The notes under the pieces: model-generated
Database searches by the model: none
The model's input: the letters and a program-made list of their open reading frames with translations, nothing else
What the model was told of the DNA's origin: nothing
Program-made: the position numbers and the translations under genes
In this document: positions 49,842 through 60,371 of the stretch, in pieces
Layout of the letters: each line of letters begins with the position of its first letter
Position numbering within the stretch: position 1 is the first letter of the stretch
DNA from: Candidatus Kapaibacterium sp.
Lineage (GTDB): Bacteria; Pseudomonadota; Gammaproteobacteria; Burkholderiales; Burkholderiaceae_C
Length of the DNA: 64,000 nucleotides
Reading direction: 5' to 3'
Assembly (NCBI GenBank): GCA_943370435.1
Contig: CALRQX020000022.1
Coordinates: 4,313 to 68,312, forward strand

Positions 49842-52800
49842 GTGAACTCTCCCAACGACGGCAAATACCTCGCTCCCGCAGCCGCTACCGGCCCGGCGGC
49901 GGCCGAGCCCGACAACAGCCGCTACCTGGCGCAGAGTCTGGCCACGCAGCGCATCAGCATACGCGGCGCGCGCACGCACAACCTCAAAAACATCGACCTC
50001 GACATCCCGCGCAACCAGCTGGTGGTGATCACCGGCCTCAGCGGTTCGGGCAAGTCCTCACTGGCTTTTGACACCCTGTACGCCGAGGGCCAGCGCCGTT
50101 ATGTGGAAAGCCTGAGCACCTATGCGCGGCAGTTTCTGCAGCTCATGGACAAGCCCGATGTGGACATGATCGAAGGCCTGTCGCCGGCGATTTCCATCGA
50201 GCAGAAGGCGACTTCGCACAACCCGCGTTCCACCGTCGGCACGGTGACCGAAATCCACGACTACCTGCGCCTGCTGTTTGCGCGCGCCGGCACACCGTTT
50301 TGCCCCGATCACGACCTGCCGCTGCAGGCGCAAAGTGTCAGCGAGATGGTCGACCATGTGCTGGCCTTGCCCGAAGACACCAAACTCATGGTGCTGGCGC
50401 CGGTGGCGCGCGAGCGCAAGGGCGAGTTTGTCGAGCTGTTTGCCGAGATGCAGGCCCAGGGTTATGTGCGTTTTCGTGTGGACGGCACGGCGTATGAATT
50501 CGACGAGCTGCCCAAGCTCAAGAAGGCCGAGAAACACAACATCGACGTGGTGATAGACCGGCTCAAGGTGCGGCCCGACATGCAGCAGCGCCTGGCCGAA
50601 AGTTTCGAGGCCGCGCTGCGACTGGCCGACGGCAAGGCCCTGGCGATGGAAATGGATTCGGGCAAGGAACATCTGTTCAGCGCGAAATTTTCCTGCCCGG
50701 TGTGCAGCTACTCGCTCAGCGAGATGGAGCCGCGGCTGTTTTCCTTCAACTCGCCGGTGGGTGCCTGCCCGAGTTGCGACGGCCTGGGCCACATGGAGTT
50801 TTTTGACCCGGCGCGGGTCGTGGCTTTTCCCTCGCTGAGCCTGGCCAGCGGCGCGGTCAAGGGCTGGGACAGGCGCAACGGCTATTACTTTTCGATGCTG
50901 GAGAGCCTGGCAAAACACTACAGCTTCGACATCGACACGGCGTTTGAAAAACTCCCGGACGCGGTGCAGCAGGTGATTTTGCATGGCTCGGGCGCGGAAG
51001 AGATCAGGTTCAGCTACATCCTCGACTCGGGCGCCAACGCCGGCAAGAAACACACGAAGAAGCACCCGTTCGAGGGCGTGATCACCAACTTCGAGCGGCG
51101 TTACCGCGAAACCGACTCGGCCGCGGTGCGTGAGGAGCTGGCGCGCTACCGCAGCCTGCAGCCCTGCCCCGAGTGCGAAGGCACACGCCTGCGCCGCGAA
51201 GCACGCCATGTTTACCTGGTGGGTGTGGCCGGCCGCAAGGCGATTTACGAAATCAGCGGCGTCACGCTGCGCGAGAGTTTTGACTATTTCAACACCCTGT
51301 CGATGGAAGGCGCGAAAGCCGAAATTGCCGGCAAGGTGGTGCGCGAAATCGGTTTGCGCCTGAAGTTCCTCAACGACGTCGGCCTGAACTACCTGAGCCT
51401 GGACCGCAGCGCCGAGACCCTGTCGGGCGGCGAGTCACAGCGCATACGCCTGGCGTCCCAGATCGGCTCCGGCCTGACCGGCGTGATGTATGTGCTGGAC
51501 GAGCCCAGCATAGGGCTGCACCAGCGCGACAACGACCGCCTGATCGGCACGCTCAAACACCTGCGCGACATCGGCAACAGCGTGCTGGTGGTCGAGCACG
51601 ACGAAGACATGATCCGCGCCGCCGACCATGTGATCGACATGGGACCGGGTGCAGGCATCCACGGCGGGCGCGTGATGGCCCAGGGCAGTTACGCCGACGT
51701 GGTCGCCAACCCCGATTCGCTGACCGGCCAATACCTGGCCGGTACCTTGTCCATTGCGGTGCCCCATCGCCGCACCCCCTGGCTGCCGACGGTGGTGAAA
51801 GCGCCTTTCCGCGACCCGGCCAAGCCGTCGAAATTTGCACCCAGCGCGGCCGGCATCAAACGCGCCGCACGTGAGGCAGAACACCTGCGCACCCAGGGCG
51901 ACATGCAGGCCATCAAGGTCATCAAGGCCAGCGGCCACAACCTCAAAAATGTCAGTGTCGATTTCCCGGTCGGTCTGCTGACCTGCGTGACCGGTGTTTC
52001 GGGATCCGGCAAATCGACGCTGGTCAACGACACCCTGTACGCCGCTGTGGCGCGCACGCTGTACCGCGCGCACGAGGAGCCGGCGCCGCACGAAAGCATC
52101 GAAGGCATCGAACATTTCGACAAGGTCATCAATGTGGACCAGTCGCCGATTGGCCGCACGCCGCGCAGCAACCCGGCCACCTACACCGGCCTGTTCACGC
52201 CGATCCGCGAGCTGATGGCCGAAATGAACACCGCGCGGGAGCGCGGCTACGGGCCCGGGCGCTTCAGCTTCAATGTGGCCGGTGGCCGCTGCGAGGCCTG
52301 CCAGGGCGACGGCGTGGTCAAGGTCGAAATGCACTTTCTGCCCGACGTGTACGTGCCCTGCGACGTCTGCAAGGGCATGCGTTACAACCGCGAAACCCTG
52401 GAAGTGCAGTACAAGGGCAAAAACATCGCGCAGATCCTCGACCTCACGGTGGAAGCGGCTGCCGAGTTTTTCAGGGCCGTGCCGGTGATTGCCCGCAAGC
52501 TGCACACCCTGCTCGATGTCGGCCTGAGTTACATCAAGCTGGGCCAGGCCGCCACCACGCTGTCAGGCGGCGAGGCCCAGCGCGTCAAACTCGCGCTCGA
52601 GCTTTCCAAACGCGACACCGGCCGCACGCTGTACATCCTGGATGAGCCGACCACCGGCCTGCACTTTGCCGACATCGACCTGCTGCTCAAGGTGCTGCAC
52701 CAGCTGCGCGATGCGGGCAACACCATCGTGGTGATCGAGCACAACCTGGACGTGATCAAAACCGCCGACTGGCTGATTGACATGGGGCCCGAGGGCGGCG

Positions 52801-52895
52801 CCGGTGGCGGCAGTGTGGTCGGTGTCGGCACACCCGAAGACATTGCGGCCCACCCGGCCAGCCACACCGGGCGTTACCTGAAACGCCTTCTGTAA
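49842..52895 (+). CDS. uvrA: excinuclease ABC subunit A
   Basis: 1017 aa, GTG start. [17 protein letters not shown], two ABC modules ([18 protein letters not shown]), zinc modules (CPVCSYS...CPSCDGLG; CEACQGDG...CDVCKG). Confidence 0.97.
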   Translation: MNSPNDGKYLAPAAATGPAAAEPDNSRYLAQSLATQRISIRGARTHNLKNIDLDIPRNQLVVITGLSGSGKSSLAFDTLYAEGQRRYVESLSTYARQFLQLMDKPDVDMIEGLSPAISIEQKATSHNPRSTVGTVTEIHDYLRLLFARAGTPFCPDHDLPLQAQSVSEMVDHVLALPEDTKLMVLAPVARERKGEFVELFAEMQAQGYVRFRVDGTAYEFDELPKLKKAEKHNIDVVIDRLKVRPDMQQRLAESFEAALRLADGKALAMEMDSGKEHLFSAKFSCPVCSYSLSEMEPRLFSFNSPVGACPSCDGLGHMEFFDPARVVAFPSLSLASGAVKGWDRRNGYYFSMLESLAKHYSFDIDTAFEKLPDAVQQVILHGSGAEEIRFSYILDSGANAGKKHTKKHPFEGVITNFERRYRETDSAAVREELARYRSLQPCPECEGTRLRREARHVYLVGVAGRKAIYEISGVTLRESFDYFNTLSMEGAKAEIAGKVVREIGLRLKFLNDVGLNYLSLDRSAETLSGGESQRIRLASQIGSGLTGVMYVLDEPSIGLHQRDNDRLIGTLKHLRDIGNSVLVVEHDEDMIRAADHVIDMGPGAGIHGGRVMAQGSYADVVANPDSLTGQYLAGTLSIAVPHRRTPWLPTVVKAPFRDPAKPSKFAPSAAGIKRAAREAEHLRTQGDMQAIKVIKASGHNLKNVSVDFPVGLLTCVTGVSGSGKSTLVNDTLYAAVARTLYRAHEEPAPHESIEGIEHFDKVINVDQSPIGRTPRSNPATYTGLFTPIRELMAEMNTARERGYGPGRFSFNVAGGRCEACQGDGVVKVEMHFLPDVYVPCDVCKGMRYNRETLEVQYKGKNIAQILDLTVEAAAEFFRAVPVIARKLHTLLDVGLSYIKLGQAATTLSGGEAQRVKLALELSKRDTGRTLYILDEPTTGLHFADIDLLLKVLHQLRDAGNTIVVIEHNLDVIKTADWLIDMGPEGGAGGGSVVGVGTPEDIAAHPASHTGRYLKRLL

Positions 52896-52903
52896 AAATT
52901 CAT

Positions 52904-52962
52904 TCATGAAACACGGCTTTTGCCCAATCAACACGGGTGCAAGCAGCTATTATTTACATAGC
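52904..52962 (+). repeat. REP-like intergenic repeat, copy E
   Basis: tcatgaaacacGGCTTTTGCCCaatcaacacGGGTGCAAGCAGCTattatttacATAGC just after the uvrA stop. Confidence 0.65.
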
Positions 52963-52981
52963 AAATTTACCGGGAATCCCC

Positions 52982-53431
52982 ATGTCGTCGATCACCCTGC
53001 GTTTTCTCGCTGAACCCAACACCATCAACTTTGGCGGCAAGGTCCACGGCGGCACCGTCATGAAATGGATTGACGAGGCCGGCTACGCCTGCGCCACCCG
53101 CTGGGCCAAACGTTACTGCGTGACGGTGTCTGTCGGCAGCATCCGGTTTCAGCGGCCCATCATGATTGGCGATCTGGTGGAAGTCGAGGCGCGCCTGGCC
53201 TACACCGGCAGCACCAGCATGAACATCTCGGTCGAGGTGCGCGCCGGCGACATGAAAACCGGCCAGATGCTAGTCATCACCGAGTGTGTGGTGGTGTTTG
53301 TCGCGGTCGATGCCGAGGGCAAAGCCATCCCGGTCGAGGCCTGGCTGCCCGAAACCCCCGGCGACATGGCGCTGGCGCAAAACGTCCGGGCCCACCTGCA
53401 AGCCGCACGCGCCATGCAACCGGCAGCTTGA
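52982..53431 (+). CDS. acyl-CoA thioesterase (hotdog fold, YciA-like)
   Basis: From MSSITLRFLAEPNTINFGGKVHGGTVMKWIDEAGYACA. Confidence 0.85.
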   Translation: MSSITLRFLAEPNTINFGGKVHGGTVMKWIDEAGYACATRWAKRYCVTVSVGSIRFQRPIMIGDLVEVEARLAYTGSTSMNISVEVRAGDMKTGQMLVITECVVVFVAVDAEGKAIPVEAWLPETPGDMALAQNVRAHLQAARAMQPAA

Positions 53432-54339
53432 TGCGGCCTAACGCCCTGTCGGGCCGGGATCTTGCAGCCGCCTTGGTGGTGGTGCTGGTCTGGGGCATCA
53501 ACTTTGTGGTCATGAAATTCGCACTGCGCGACTTCACGCCCTTCCAGCTGGGCGCCGCGCGTTATGTTTTTGCCGTGCTGCCGCTGGTGCTGTTTGTCCG
53601 GCCACCCGGTATCCCGTGGAAATGGCTGGCGTTTTACGGCCTGTTTCAGGGCGTCGGGCAATTTGGCATCCTGTTCGTCGCGCTGAAAGTCGGCATGACG
53701 GCGGCGCTGGCGTCGGTGCTGCTGCAAACCCAGGTGTTTTTCACCGCGCTGTTCGGCTTTGTGCTGCTGCACGAACGCGCCAGCCGGCCGCTGCAGGCCG
53801 GCATGCTGCTCGCGGCGCTGGGCCTGGCCTGCTTTGCGCTCAACTACCTTGCCCCGGAAGGCGGCACGCCGGCGACCACGCTCGCGGGCTTTGTGCTCAC
53901 GCTGGCCGCAGCCTCCATGTGGGCCATGTCCAACATCGTGGCGCGCCACGTACAGCAAGGCGGGACGGCCTACTCGCCGCTGGCTTTTGTGGTCTGGAGC
54001 AGCATCTTCGCCATCCTGCCTTTCACGCTGCTGTCCCTGGTGTTCGACCCCGAGGCGACGCGCTGGCAGTGGACCCAGGCGCGCGCCTCCAGCTGGCTGG
54101 CGGTGGCCTACCTCGGCTGGGTCGCGACCATCCTCGGATACAGCCTGTGGACCGGTCTGCTCAAACGCCACCCCGCCAACCGCGTCGCACCCTTCAGCCT
54201 TGGCGTGCCGGTGGTGGGCCTGAGCACCGGCATGCTGGTGCTCGGTGAAGCCATCACGCCGTGGCAGTGGGCCGGCATCCTCCTGGTGGTGGCGGCGCTG
54301 GCCTGTGTGATGCTGGGCGGGCTGATCAAGCCACGCTGA
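53431..54339 (+). CDS. EamA/DMT-family transporter
   Basis: From MRPNALSGRDLAAALVVVLVWGINFVVMKFAL; 10 TM segments, two EamA repeats. Its ATG shares one nt with the thioesterase TGA (TGATG). Confidence 0.85.
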   Translation: MRPNALSGRDLAAALVVVLVWGINFVVMKFALRDFTPFQLGAARYVFAVLPLVLFVRPPGIPWKWLAFYGLFQGVGQFGILFVALKVGMTAALASVLLQTQVFFTALFGFVLLHERASRPLQAGMLLAALGLACFALNYLAPEGGTPATTLAGFVLTLAAASMWAMSNIVARHVQQGGTAYSPLAFVVWSSIFAILPFTLLSLVFDPEATRWQWTQARASSWLAVAYLGWVATILGYSLWTGLLKRHPANRVAPFSLGVPVVGLSTGMLVLGEAITPWQWAGILLVVAALACVMLGGLIKPR

Positions 54340-55243
54340 CACGCGTCGACCCGGCGGCTGGCTGGCTGAAATAAGCGGCCAGCAACTCCATGGCATGGCG
54401 CACCTTGGCGGGCTGCTCGCCACGCCGCGGCGTCACCGCATACACCGGCAGGTCGGCCAGTTGCCAGCCGGGCAGCACCGGCAGAAGGCGACCGTCGGCC
54501 AGCGCCCGCCGGTCGTCGTCACTGACCACAATGCTGATGCCCCAGCCCGCCACACACAGCGCATGCAGGGCCGTCACCTGCGAGGCCTGCACCCGTCCTT
54601 CCACGCGCACCGTCTGCTGTTCGCCCCCTGGGCCCTGCAGCTCGAGCAGCTCACCGCCTGCGGCGCCGGGGCGGCCGCCCAGCCAGTCGTGCGACAGGAG
54701 GTCCTGCGCCGTAGCCGGCCAGCCGCGTTCGGCCAGGTAGCTGGGGGCCGCACACAACTGCCGCTTCATGCTGCCGAGCTTGCGCGCCACCAGCGTCGAA
54801 TCGGCCAACGCACCCACACGCAGGGCGATGTCGACCCGCGCGGCAATCAGGTCAATCACCGCGTCGTCCAGCAACAGGCACAGCGACAGCCTGGGGTGGG
54901 CGCGCAGAGGCGCAAGCGCCGCGGCCAGCAGGCCGCCAAAACCGATGGGAGCGGCCAGCCGCAACTCGCCTTCAGGTTCGTCGCGCAGGCGCGCCAGCGA
55001 CTGCTCGGCAGAACGCGCAGCGGCCACCATGGCCGCGCAACCCGCGTGGTAGCGCTCGCCGGCTTCGGTCAGTGTCAGGCGCCGGGTGGAGCGGTGCAGC
55101 AAGGCCAGCCCCAGCGACTGCTCAAGCTGCCGCAGATGCTGGCTCACGGCCGAAGGCGTCATGCCGAGCTGCCGCGCCGCAGCGGTCAGCGAACCGGCCG
55201 CCACCACCTCGGCAAAGATGGCCATGCGTTTGAATGGGTCCAT
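54326..55243 (-). CDS. LysR-family transcriptional regulator
   Basis: 305 aa; N-terminal HTH FAEVVAAGSLTAAARQLGMTPSAVSQHLRQLE. Divergent from the oxidoreductase gene. Confidence 0.9.
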   Translation of the reverse strand: MDPFKRMAIFAEVVAAGSLTAAARQLGMTPSAVSQHLRQLEQSLGLALLHRSTRRLTLTEAGERYHAGCAAMVAAARSAEQSLARLRDEPEGELRLAAPIGFGGLLAAALAPLRAHPRLSLCLLLDDAVIDLIAARVDIALRVGALADSTLVARKLGSMKRQLCAAPSYLAERGWPATAQDLLSHDWLGGRPGAAGGELLELQGPGGEQQTVRVEGRVQASQVTALHALCVAGWGISIVVSDDDRRALADGRLLPVLPGWQLADLPVYAVTPRRGEQPAKVRHAMELLAAYFSQPAAGSTRVSVA

Positions 55244-55354
55244 TTTTGATGCGATTGATTAGTTGTACTTCACAGTATTAGCCAATTAAGCCATCTATTC
55301 AGCAGCTTGTGAAGCAATCAGACTAGGAACCTCTTTCACCCCCCGGAGTTTTTC

Positions 55355-55999
55355 ATGAACATCGCACTGATTGGCGCCACCGGTTTTGTCGGCGCTCCCG
55401 TTTTGGCCGAGCTGCTCAGCCGCGGCCATAAAGTCACCGTGCTGGCCCGCACGCCGTCCAGACTGACCGCACAAACCGGCCTGACCGTGGTGCAAGCCGA
55501 CGCGCTGGATGCCGCGCAGGTGGCCCAGGCCGTCGCCGGCCACGATGCAGTGATCAGCGCCTACAACCCGGGCTGGAGCGAGCCCAAGATTCATGACATG
55601 CATCTGCAGGCCAGCCGGGCGATGGTGGAAGGTATCAAGGCTGCGGGCGTGAAACGCCTGCTGGTGGTCGGTGGTGCCGGCAGCCTGTTTGTGGCGCCCG
55701 GCCTGCAACTGGTGGACACCCCCCAGTTTCCGGCCGAATACAAGCAGGGCGCGCTGGCCGCGCGTGAAGCCTTGAACGAACTCAAAAAAGAAAACACGCT
55801 GGACTGGAGTTTTGTCTCGCCGCCGATTGGCCTGGCGCCGGGCGAACGCACTGGCCACTACCGCGTCGGCGCCGACGAGCTGCTGCCCGGCCAGGGCGAC
55901 CAGCCGGCCGGCATTTCAGTGGCCGATCTGGCTGTGGCGATCGCTGATGAGATCGAGACGCCTCGGCATGTGCAGAAGCGGTTTACTGTGGCGCATTGA
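55355..55999 (+). CDS. NAD(P)H-binding (NmrA/atypical SDR-like) oxidoreductase
   Basis: 214 aa; MNIALIGATGFVGAPVLAELLSRGHKVTVLAR Rossmann motif. Confidence 0.82.
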   Translation: MNIALIGATGFVGAPVLAELLSRGHKVTVLARTPSRLTAQTGLTVVQADALDAAQVAQAVAGHDAVISAYNPGWSEPKIHDMHLQASRAMVEGIKAAGVKRLLVVGGAGSLFVAPGLQLVDTPQFPAEYKQGALAAREALNELKKENTLDWSFVSPPIGLAPGERTGHYRVGADELLPGQGDQPAGISVADLAVAIADEIETPRHVQKRFTVAH

Positions 56000-56473
56000 G
56001 CGTTGATTCCAGCATCACGCCGCGTCCCCGGTTCGCCTTGGGCAGTAGGTCGGACTCCCCACTCCCACCCCTAGCCCCTCCCTCGCCCCGCTGGGCGATG
56101 GAGGGGGACCTCATTTGGCTACGTGTGCTGCTCTCGCGTGCACACATGACGGTCCCGTAGTCCGGCGATGACGCGCAAAGCGCGTCATCGTCTCCCCGAA
56201 TCCGCATCCGCACCCGCGTTCGTTCCCCCACCCGTCGGGCTGGGCCGAGGAGCGCAGGTCAAAGCGGATCAGGGCGAGCGATTGTCTGAGCGAAGCGAGT
56301 TCGAGCTCGACCCCGCTTTGACCGAGCACCGCAGGTTGCCCCGGAGCGGCAGCGAAGGGGTCCCAGACCATCGGGTCGCCTTTTCTTTGGTGACTTTCTT
56401 TTGGCGACGCAAAAGAAAGTTACTTGCCGCCGGGCAACCCCCGGCCTGTTGGCACACCCACAAGCAGTGTCAG
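56000..56473. repeat. non-coding tract packed with perfect palindromes / REP-like modules
   Basis: Inverted repeats read directly: CCCCTCC/GGAGGGG (56075/56100), GTGTGC/GCACAC (56123/56140), GATGACGCGC-aaa-GCGCGTCATC (56167-56189), GGTCAAAGCGG...CCGCTTTGACC (56257/56313), ACTTTCTTTTG-gcgacg-CAAAAGAAAGT (56393-56420), TTGCC-gccg-GGCAA (56424-56437). Confidence 0.7.
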
Positions 56474-57451
56474 TCACAAATGGCGGCGCCGTGCGAAGCG
56501 GACCACGGTCACGCCTGCGGCAGCCTGGCGCACCGAAGGCATCACCAGCACGCAGTCGTCGTAGGGCGTGCTCACGGGCTCGGTGTCGTTCCAGCCAATC
56601 ACGGTGCCGGCGTGCTTGATCAACTCCAGCCCCTGGAAGGGATGCGTAAAGCGAAACCGGTCGCTGCGCGCTACCACCGGGCCGGTGACTTCCAGCACCC
56701 ACTGGCGCGGGGCGTCACTTTGCAGCCATCCCGGCAGGGCGCGCTGCAGGGCCTCCGCGTCCAGCGTATCGGCAGCTTGCAGGAAACGCACACACATGTC
56801 CTGGGCGACCACGCGGCTGCTCAGGTCACCGTGAAAGCCGCATTCCAGCAGCAGTGAACGTGTCGCTGCGCCCTCGCCTTGCGGATTCATCTCGCCAAAA
56901 CGGCCGAAGTCGCGCATACGCACGCCGTCCTTGTGCCCGGCATCGACCACCACATGTTCCGGTGCGCGCAAGCTCCGGGCCAGCGCAAGGTTGCGCGGCT
57001 GCATGCCGGCCAGCAGCAAGGGGGCCGCACGTTCATGCATGGAATGCAGATCCAGCAGCCAGTCGGCGCGCTCGACAAAAGGCCTGAGCGCTGCAGCGCG
57101 GCGGCGCTCCAGCGTGTTGCCGCTGGCCATGCGGTCCATCTGCCACTGGCGATTCATGTCTTCGTCCACAAAACGCGAGGCATCGTGCCTGGCCGGGTCG
57201 AACCGGTCAAAAGCCGCCAGGTTACACAAAGCCAGCGTCAGTTGGCCGCGCCGGGGCATGACACCCGCTTCCAGCAAACCTTTGATCGCCCAGGCCCCGC
57301 ACAACTCGTTGCCGTGCACCAGCGCGCTGATCATCACGGAGCGCCCGCTTTGCCCGGAGTCAAAGTGCCAGACCCCTTCGACACCGGTGTTGCCGGCGCG
57401 CCAGGCAGACAGATCGGGCACCTGCAGTTCAAACACCGGCGTTTCAGTCAT
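56474..57451 (-). CDS. succinylglutamate desuccinylase/aspartoacylase (M14-like) family protein
   Basis: 325 aa; zinc-site region SALVHGNELCG. Its start overlaps the stop of the upstream Bug gene by 8 nt. Confidence 0.8.
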   Translation of the reverse strand: MTETPVFELQVPDLSAWRAGNTGVEGVWHFDSGQSGRSVMISALVHGNELCGAWAIKGLLEAGVMPRRGQLTLALCNLAAFDRFDPARHDASRFVDEDMNRQWQMDRMASGNTLERRRAAALRPFVERADWLLDLHSMHERAAPLLLAGMQPRNLALARSLRAPEHVVVDAGHKDGVRMRDFGRFGEMNPQGEGAATRSLLLECGFHGDLSSRVVAQDMCVRFLQAADTLDAEALQRALPGWLQSDAPRQWVLEVTGPVVARSDRFRFTHPFQGLELIKHAGTVIGWNDTEPVSTPYDDCVLVMPSVRQAAAGVTVVRFARRRHL

Positions 57452-58427
57452 TCGTTATTTTCGCGTGGTCGACAATTTTTTTGTACTTGGCGGTTTCTGC
57501 ACTGAGAAACTGGGGCAGGTCACCCTGGGGTGGCGCGACCGTGGAGCCGCTGTCTTCGAGCTTCTTCCGCAGCTCGGGCGACTGCATGGCTTCATCGAAT
57601 GCCTTTTTGAGTCGCGCCCGCACCGGTTCGGGCAGTTTGGCCGGCCCCATCAGCGCAAACCAGACGCCGATGTCCACGCCCTTGAGTCTCGGGTGTTCTG
57701 CCAGCGCTGCAATCTCGGGCGTCACGGCGGAGCGTTTGGCCTCGGTGGTCCCCAGCGCAATCACTTTGCCACTGCGGATATGCGGCAGGCCGCTGGACAG
57801 CACAAACACGCCGAAGTCGATGTTGTTGCCCAGCAGGTCATTGGCCAGCGGCGCCACGCCACGGTAGGGAATGTGGGTCATGAACAGGCTGTCTTTTTCC
57901 TTGACCATCTCACCGGCCAGATGCAGTGCCGTGCCCACGCCGGAGCTGCCGTAGCTGAACCTGCCGGGGTTCTTTTTAACCAGGCTGAGAAACTGCTCCA
58001 CGGTCTTGACGCCGGACTTCTGCGAAGCCACCAGCACCATGGGTTGCGAGGCAATCAGGCCAATCGGCGTGAAGTCCCTGGGCTGGTATTTCACTGCGGG
58101 GGAAACCAGCCGGCTGATGGCGATTTCGTTGTTGGCGCCCACCAGCAGGGTGTAGCCGTCGGGCATGGCGTTGACCACCTTTTGCGCCCCGATGACACCG
58201 CCGGCGCCGCCCACATTCTCGATCACCACCGGCACGCCGAGACGTTTGGCCAGCTCATTGGCCAGCGTGCGGCCGGTCAGGTCGGTGCTGCCACCGGGCG
58301 GATAACCGATCACGATGGTGATGGGCTTGCTCGGGTAGCTGTCGGCCTGGGCCGCCGCAGGGACGGGCACCAGCAGGGCCAGGCTCGCCAGGACGGCAGC
58401 GCAACGCAGGATATTCAAAGTGGCCAT
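57444..58427 (-). CDS. Bug-family (TctC-like) tripartite tricarboxylate transporter substrate-binding protein
   Basis: 327 aa; signal peptide; YPSKPITIVIGYPPGGSTDLTGR signature. Confidence 0.9.
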   Translation of the reverse strand: MATLNILRCAAVLASLALLVPVPAAAQADSYPSKPITIVIGYPPGGSTDLTGRTLANELAKRLGVPVVIENVGGAGGVIGAQKVVNAMPDGYTLLVGANNEIAISRLVSPAVKYQPRDFTPIGLIASQPMVLVASQKSGVKTVEQFLSLVKKNPGRFSYGSSGVGTALHLAGEMVKEKDSLFMTHIPYRGVAPLANDLLGNNIDFGVFVLSSGLPHIRSGKVIALGTTEAKRSAVTPEIAALAEHPRLKGVDIGVWFALMGPAKLPEPVRARLKKAFDEAMQSPELRKKLEDSGSTVAPPQGDLPQFLSAETAKYKKIVDHAKITND

Positions 58428-58529
58428 GGCAAATCCTTGGGTGTGATGGAGCGCCCATTCTCGGCACCAGGAATCCGGACGGTGTGCCCATGGAGCACCA
58501 TGCTGTGCTTTTTGGAGCAGGCTGCCTTT

Positions 58530-59429
58530 CTAGCCGGCCTCCAGCCTGCGCCAGATGTTTTCAGCCAGTGGAGCGAGGCGGCGCTTGGGACGGTAGATGC
58601 GCGCCTCAAACCGTATCTCCAGCCGTTTGCCCCCCACGGTGGCCAGTTGCCCGGTCTTGACCGCGCCGGCCGCCATGGACCAGGGCAACCAGGCCACACC
58701 CAGGCCCTTGAGCGCATATTCAAACAGCGCATCGGCCGAATCACACTCCACCACACGGCGCAGTTCAGGCGCGTCCGGATGGTTGGCCAGGTGGTCTTGC
58801 ACCAGCCGGCCCAGGGCCAGCGTGCCGGCATAAGCCAGATAGGCCGTGGCCTGACCCGGCTCGAACCGGTGTTTGACCTGGCCATGGGCATTGGCGCGCG
58901 CCACGGGAACCAGCCGGTCCTGCCCCAGGGTCAGGTGGCTGTATTGCCGCGCGTTGAGCTGCACCGCCAGCAGCGGGTGGTGGTAAGTCAGCATGAAGTC
59001 GGCGTCACCGCGCTCTAGCAGCTGGGCCGTCTCGGCCAGGGCCCGCGTCAGGATGCGGAACTCGCCTCCGGCCTGCGTCAACAGGGGCTGCAGCTTGACC
59101 AGCCAGTCGGCCACCAGGGTGCGCGCCAGGGTGCGGCCGGTGGCCAGCGTCACAGCGGCCTGGTGGCGCCCGGCCACCCCCAGCAACTCTTCGCGCGCAT
59201 GGCCCAGGCTGCGCATCGTCTGCCGGGCGTTGTCCAGCAGGCTGACCCCGGCGGCGGTCAGGGTGACGGGGCTGCTGCCGCGCTCGACCAGCGGCGTGCC
59301 AGCCCAGGCTTCCAGCGCCTTGATGCGCCGGCCAAAAGCCGGGTGGGTGACATGGCGCAGTTCCGCTGCACGGCTGAAATTTCGCGTTTGTTCCAATGCA
59401 ACAAAGTCTTCCAGCCACTTGAGTTGCAT
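58530..59429 (-). CDS. LysR-family transcriptional regulator
   Basis: 299 aa; MQLKWLEDFVALEQTRNFSRAAELRHVTHPAFGRRIKALE HTH. Confidence 0.9.
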   Translation of the reverse strand: MQLKWLEDFVALEQTRNFSRAAELRHVTHPAFGRRIKALEAWAGTPLVERGSSPVTLTAAGVSLLDNARQTMRSLGHAREELLGVAGRHQAAVTLATGRTLARTLVADWLVKLQPLLTQAGGEFRILTRALAETAQLLERGDADFMLTYHHPLLAVQLNARQYSHLTLGQDRLVPVARANAHGQVKHRFEPGQATAYLAYAGTLALGRLVQDHLANHPDAPELRRVVECDSADALFEYALKGLGVAWLPWSMAAGAVKTGQLATVGGKRLEIRFEARIYRPKRRLAPLAENIWRRLEAG

Positions 59430-59461
59430 GGGTATCGGCTCCCGGCCTGAGGGTCCGGGCT

Positions 59462-60286
59462 TCAGCCCCGTGCCGCCTGCAACAGATCCCGCGTCCTGAT
59501 GGCCTCACGCCGCGCCGCGTCGGCAAAATCATCACCCGACGAGGCGTAAATGATGGCGCGTGAGGAGTTGACGATGATGGGTGCGCCCGGCCGCCAGCCG
59601 GCTTTGACCGTGGCCACTGCATCGCCACCCTGCGCACCGACGCCGGGAATCAGCAGCGGCAGGGTCGGCGCCACGGCGCGCACACGTTCGATCTCGGCCG
59701 GGTAAGTGGCACCCACCACCAGCCCAAGCTGGCCATTGAGGTTCCACGGGCCCTGCGCCAGACGGGCTACATGTTCGTACAGCAGCGGCTGGCCTTCAAT
59801 CGACGCCAGGCGCTGGTTCTGCAAATCGTCGCCGCCGGGGTTCGAGGTGCGGCACAGCAGGAAGGCGCCCTTGCCCTGGTGTTTCAAATACGGCGCGACC
59901 GAATCAAAACCCATGAAGGGCGACAGCGTCACCGCGTCGGCGCCGTAACGCTCGAAGGCTTCGATCGCATACTGCTCGGCGGTGCTGCCGATGTCGCCGC
60001 GTTTGGCGTCGAGGATGATGGGCACCTGCGGCGCGACACGGCGCATGTGTTGCATCAGGCGCTCGAGCTGGCCTTCGGCGCGGTGTGCGGCAAAGTAGGC
60101 GATCTGCGGCTTGAAGGCAATCGACAGATCGGCCGTGGCGTCCACGATGGCCGCGCAGAAGTCGTAAATCCTGCCGGCGTCGCCCTTGAGCTTGCCGGGG
60201 AACTTCGCGGGATCCGGGTCCAGGCCGACACACAACATCGATTGGTTCTGGCGCTCAGCCGCGCCCAGCATCTCGAGAAAGGTCAT
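59462..60286 (-). CDS. pyrF: orotidine 5'-phosphate decarboxylase (type 2)
   Basis: 274 aa; [30 protein letters not shown] motifs. Confidence 0.93.
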   Translation of the reverse strand: MTFLEMLGAAERQNQSMLCVGLDPDPAKFPGKLKGDAGRIYDFCAAIVDATADLSIAFKPQIAYFAAHRAEGQLERLMQHMRRVAPQVPIILDAKRGDIGSTAEQYAIEAFERYGADAVTLSPFMGFDSVAPYLKHQGKGAFLLCRTSNPGGDDLQNQRLASIEGQPLLYEHVARLAQGPWNLNGQLGLVVGATYPAEIERVRAVAPTLPLLIPGVGAQGGDAVATVKAGWRPGAPIIVNSSRAIIYASSGDDFADAARREAIRTRDLLQAARG

Positions 60287-60371
60287 GCCTTATTGTAAGA
60301 AGGTGCCCGAAATACCCCTCAGCGGCAAAGCGGGACAATCCATACATTGCCTACAACGGAGACCGGGATAC

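Noticed and set aside
56290-56325. tRNA-like T-arm string GAGTTCGAGCTCGACCCC, which could suggest a tRNA fragment or an integration att site.
   Set aside because: I could fold no acceptor stem, anticodon arm or CCA context, and there is no integrase nearby. It sits inside a larger inverted repeat, so it is more likely part of the REP-like module.
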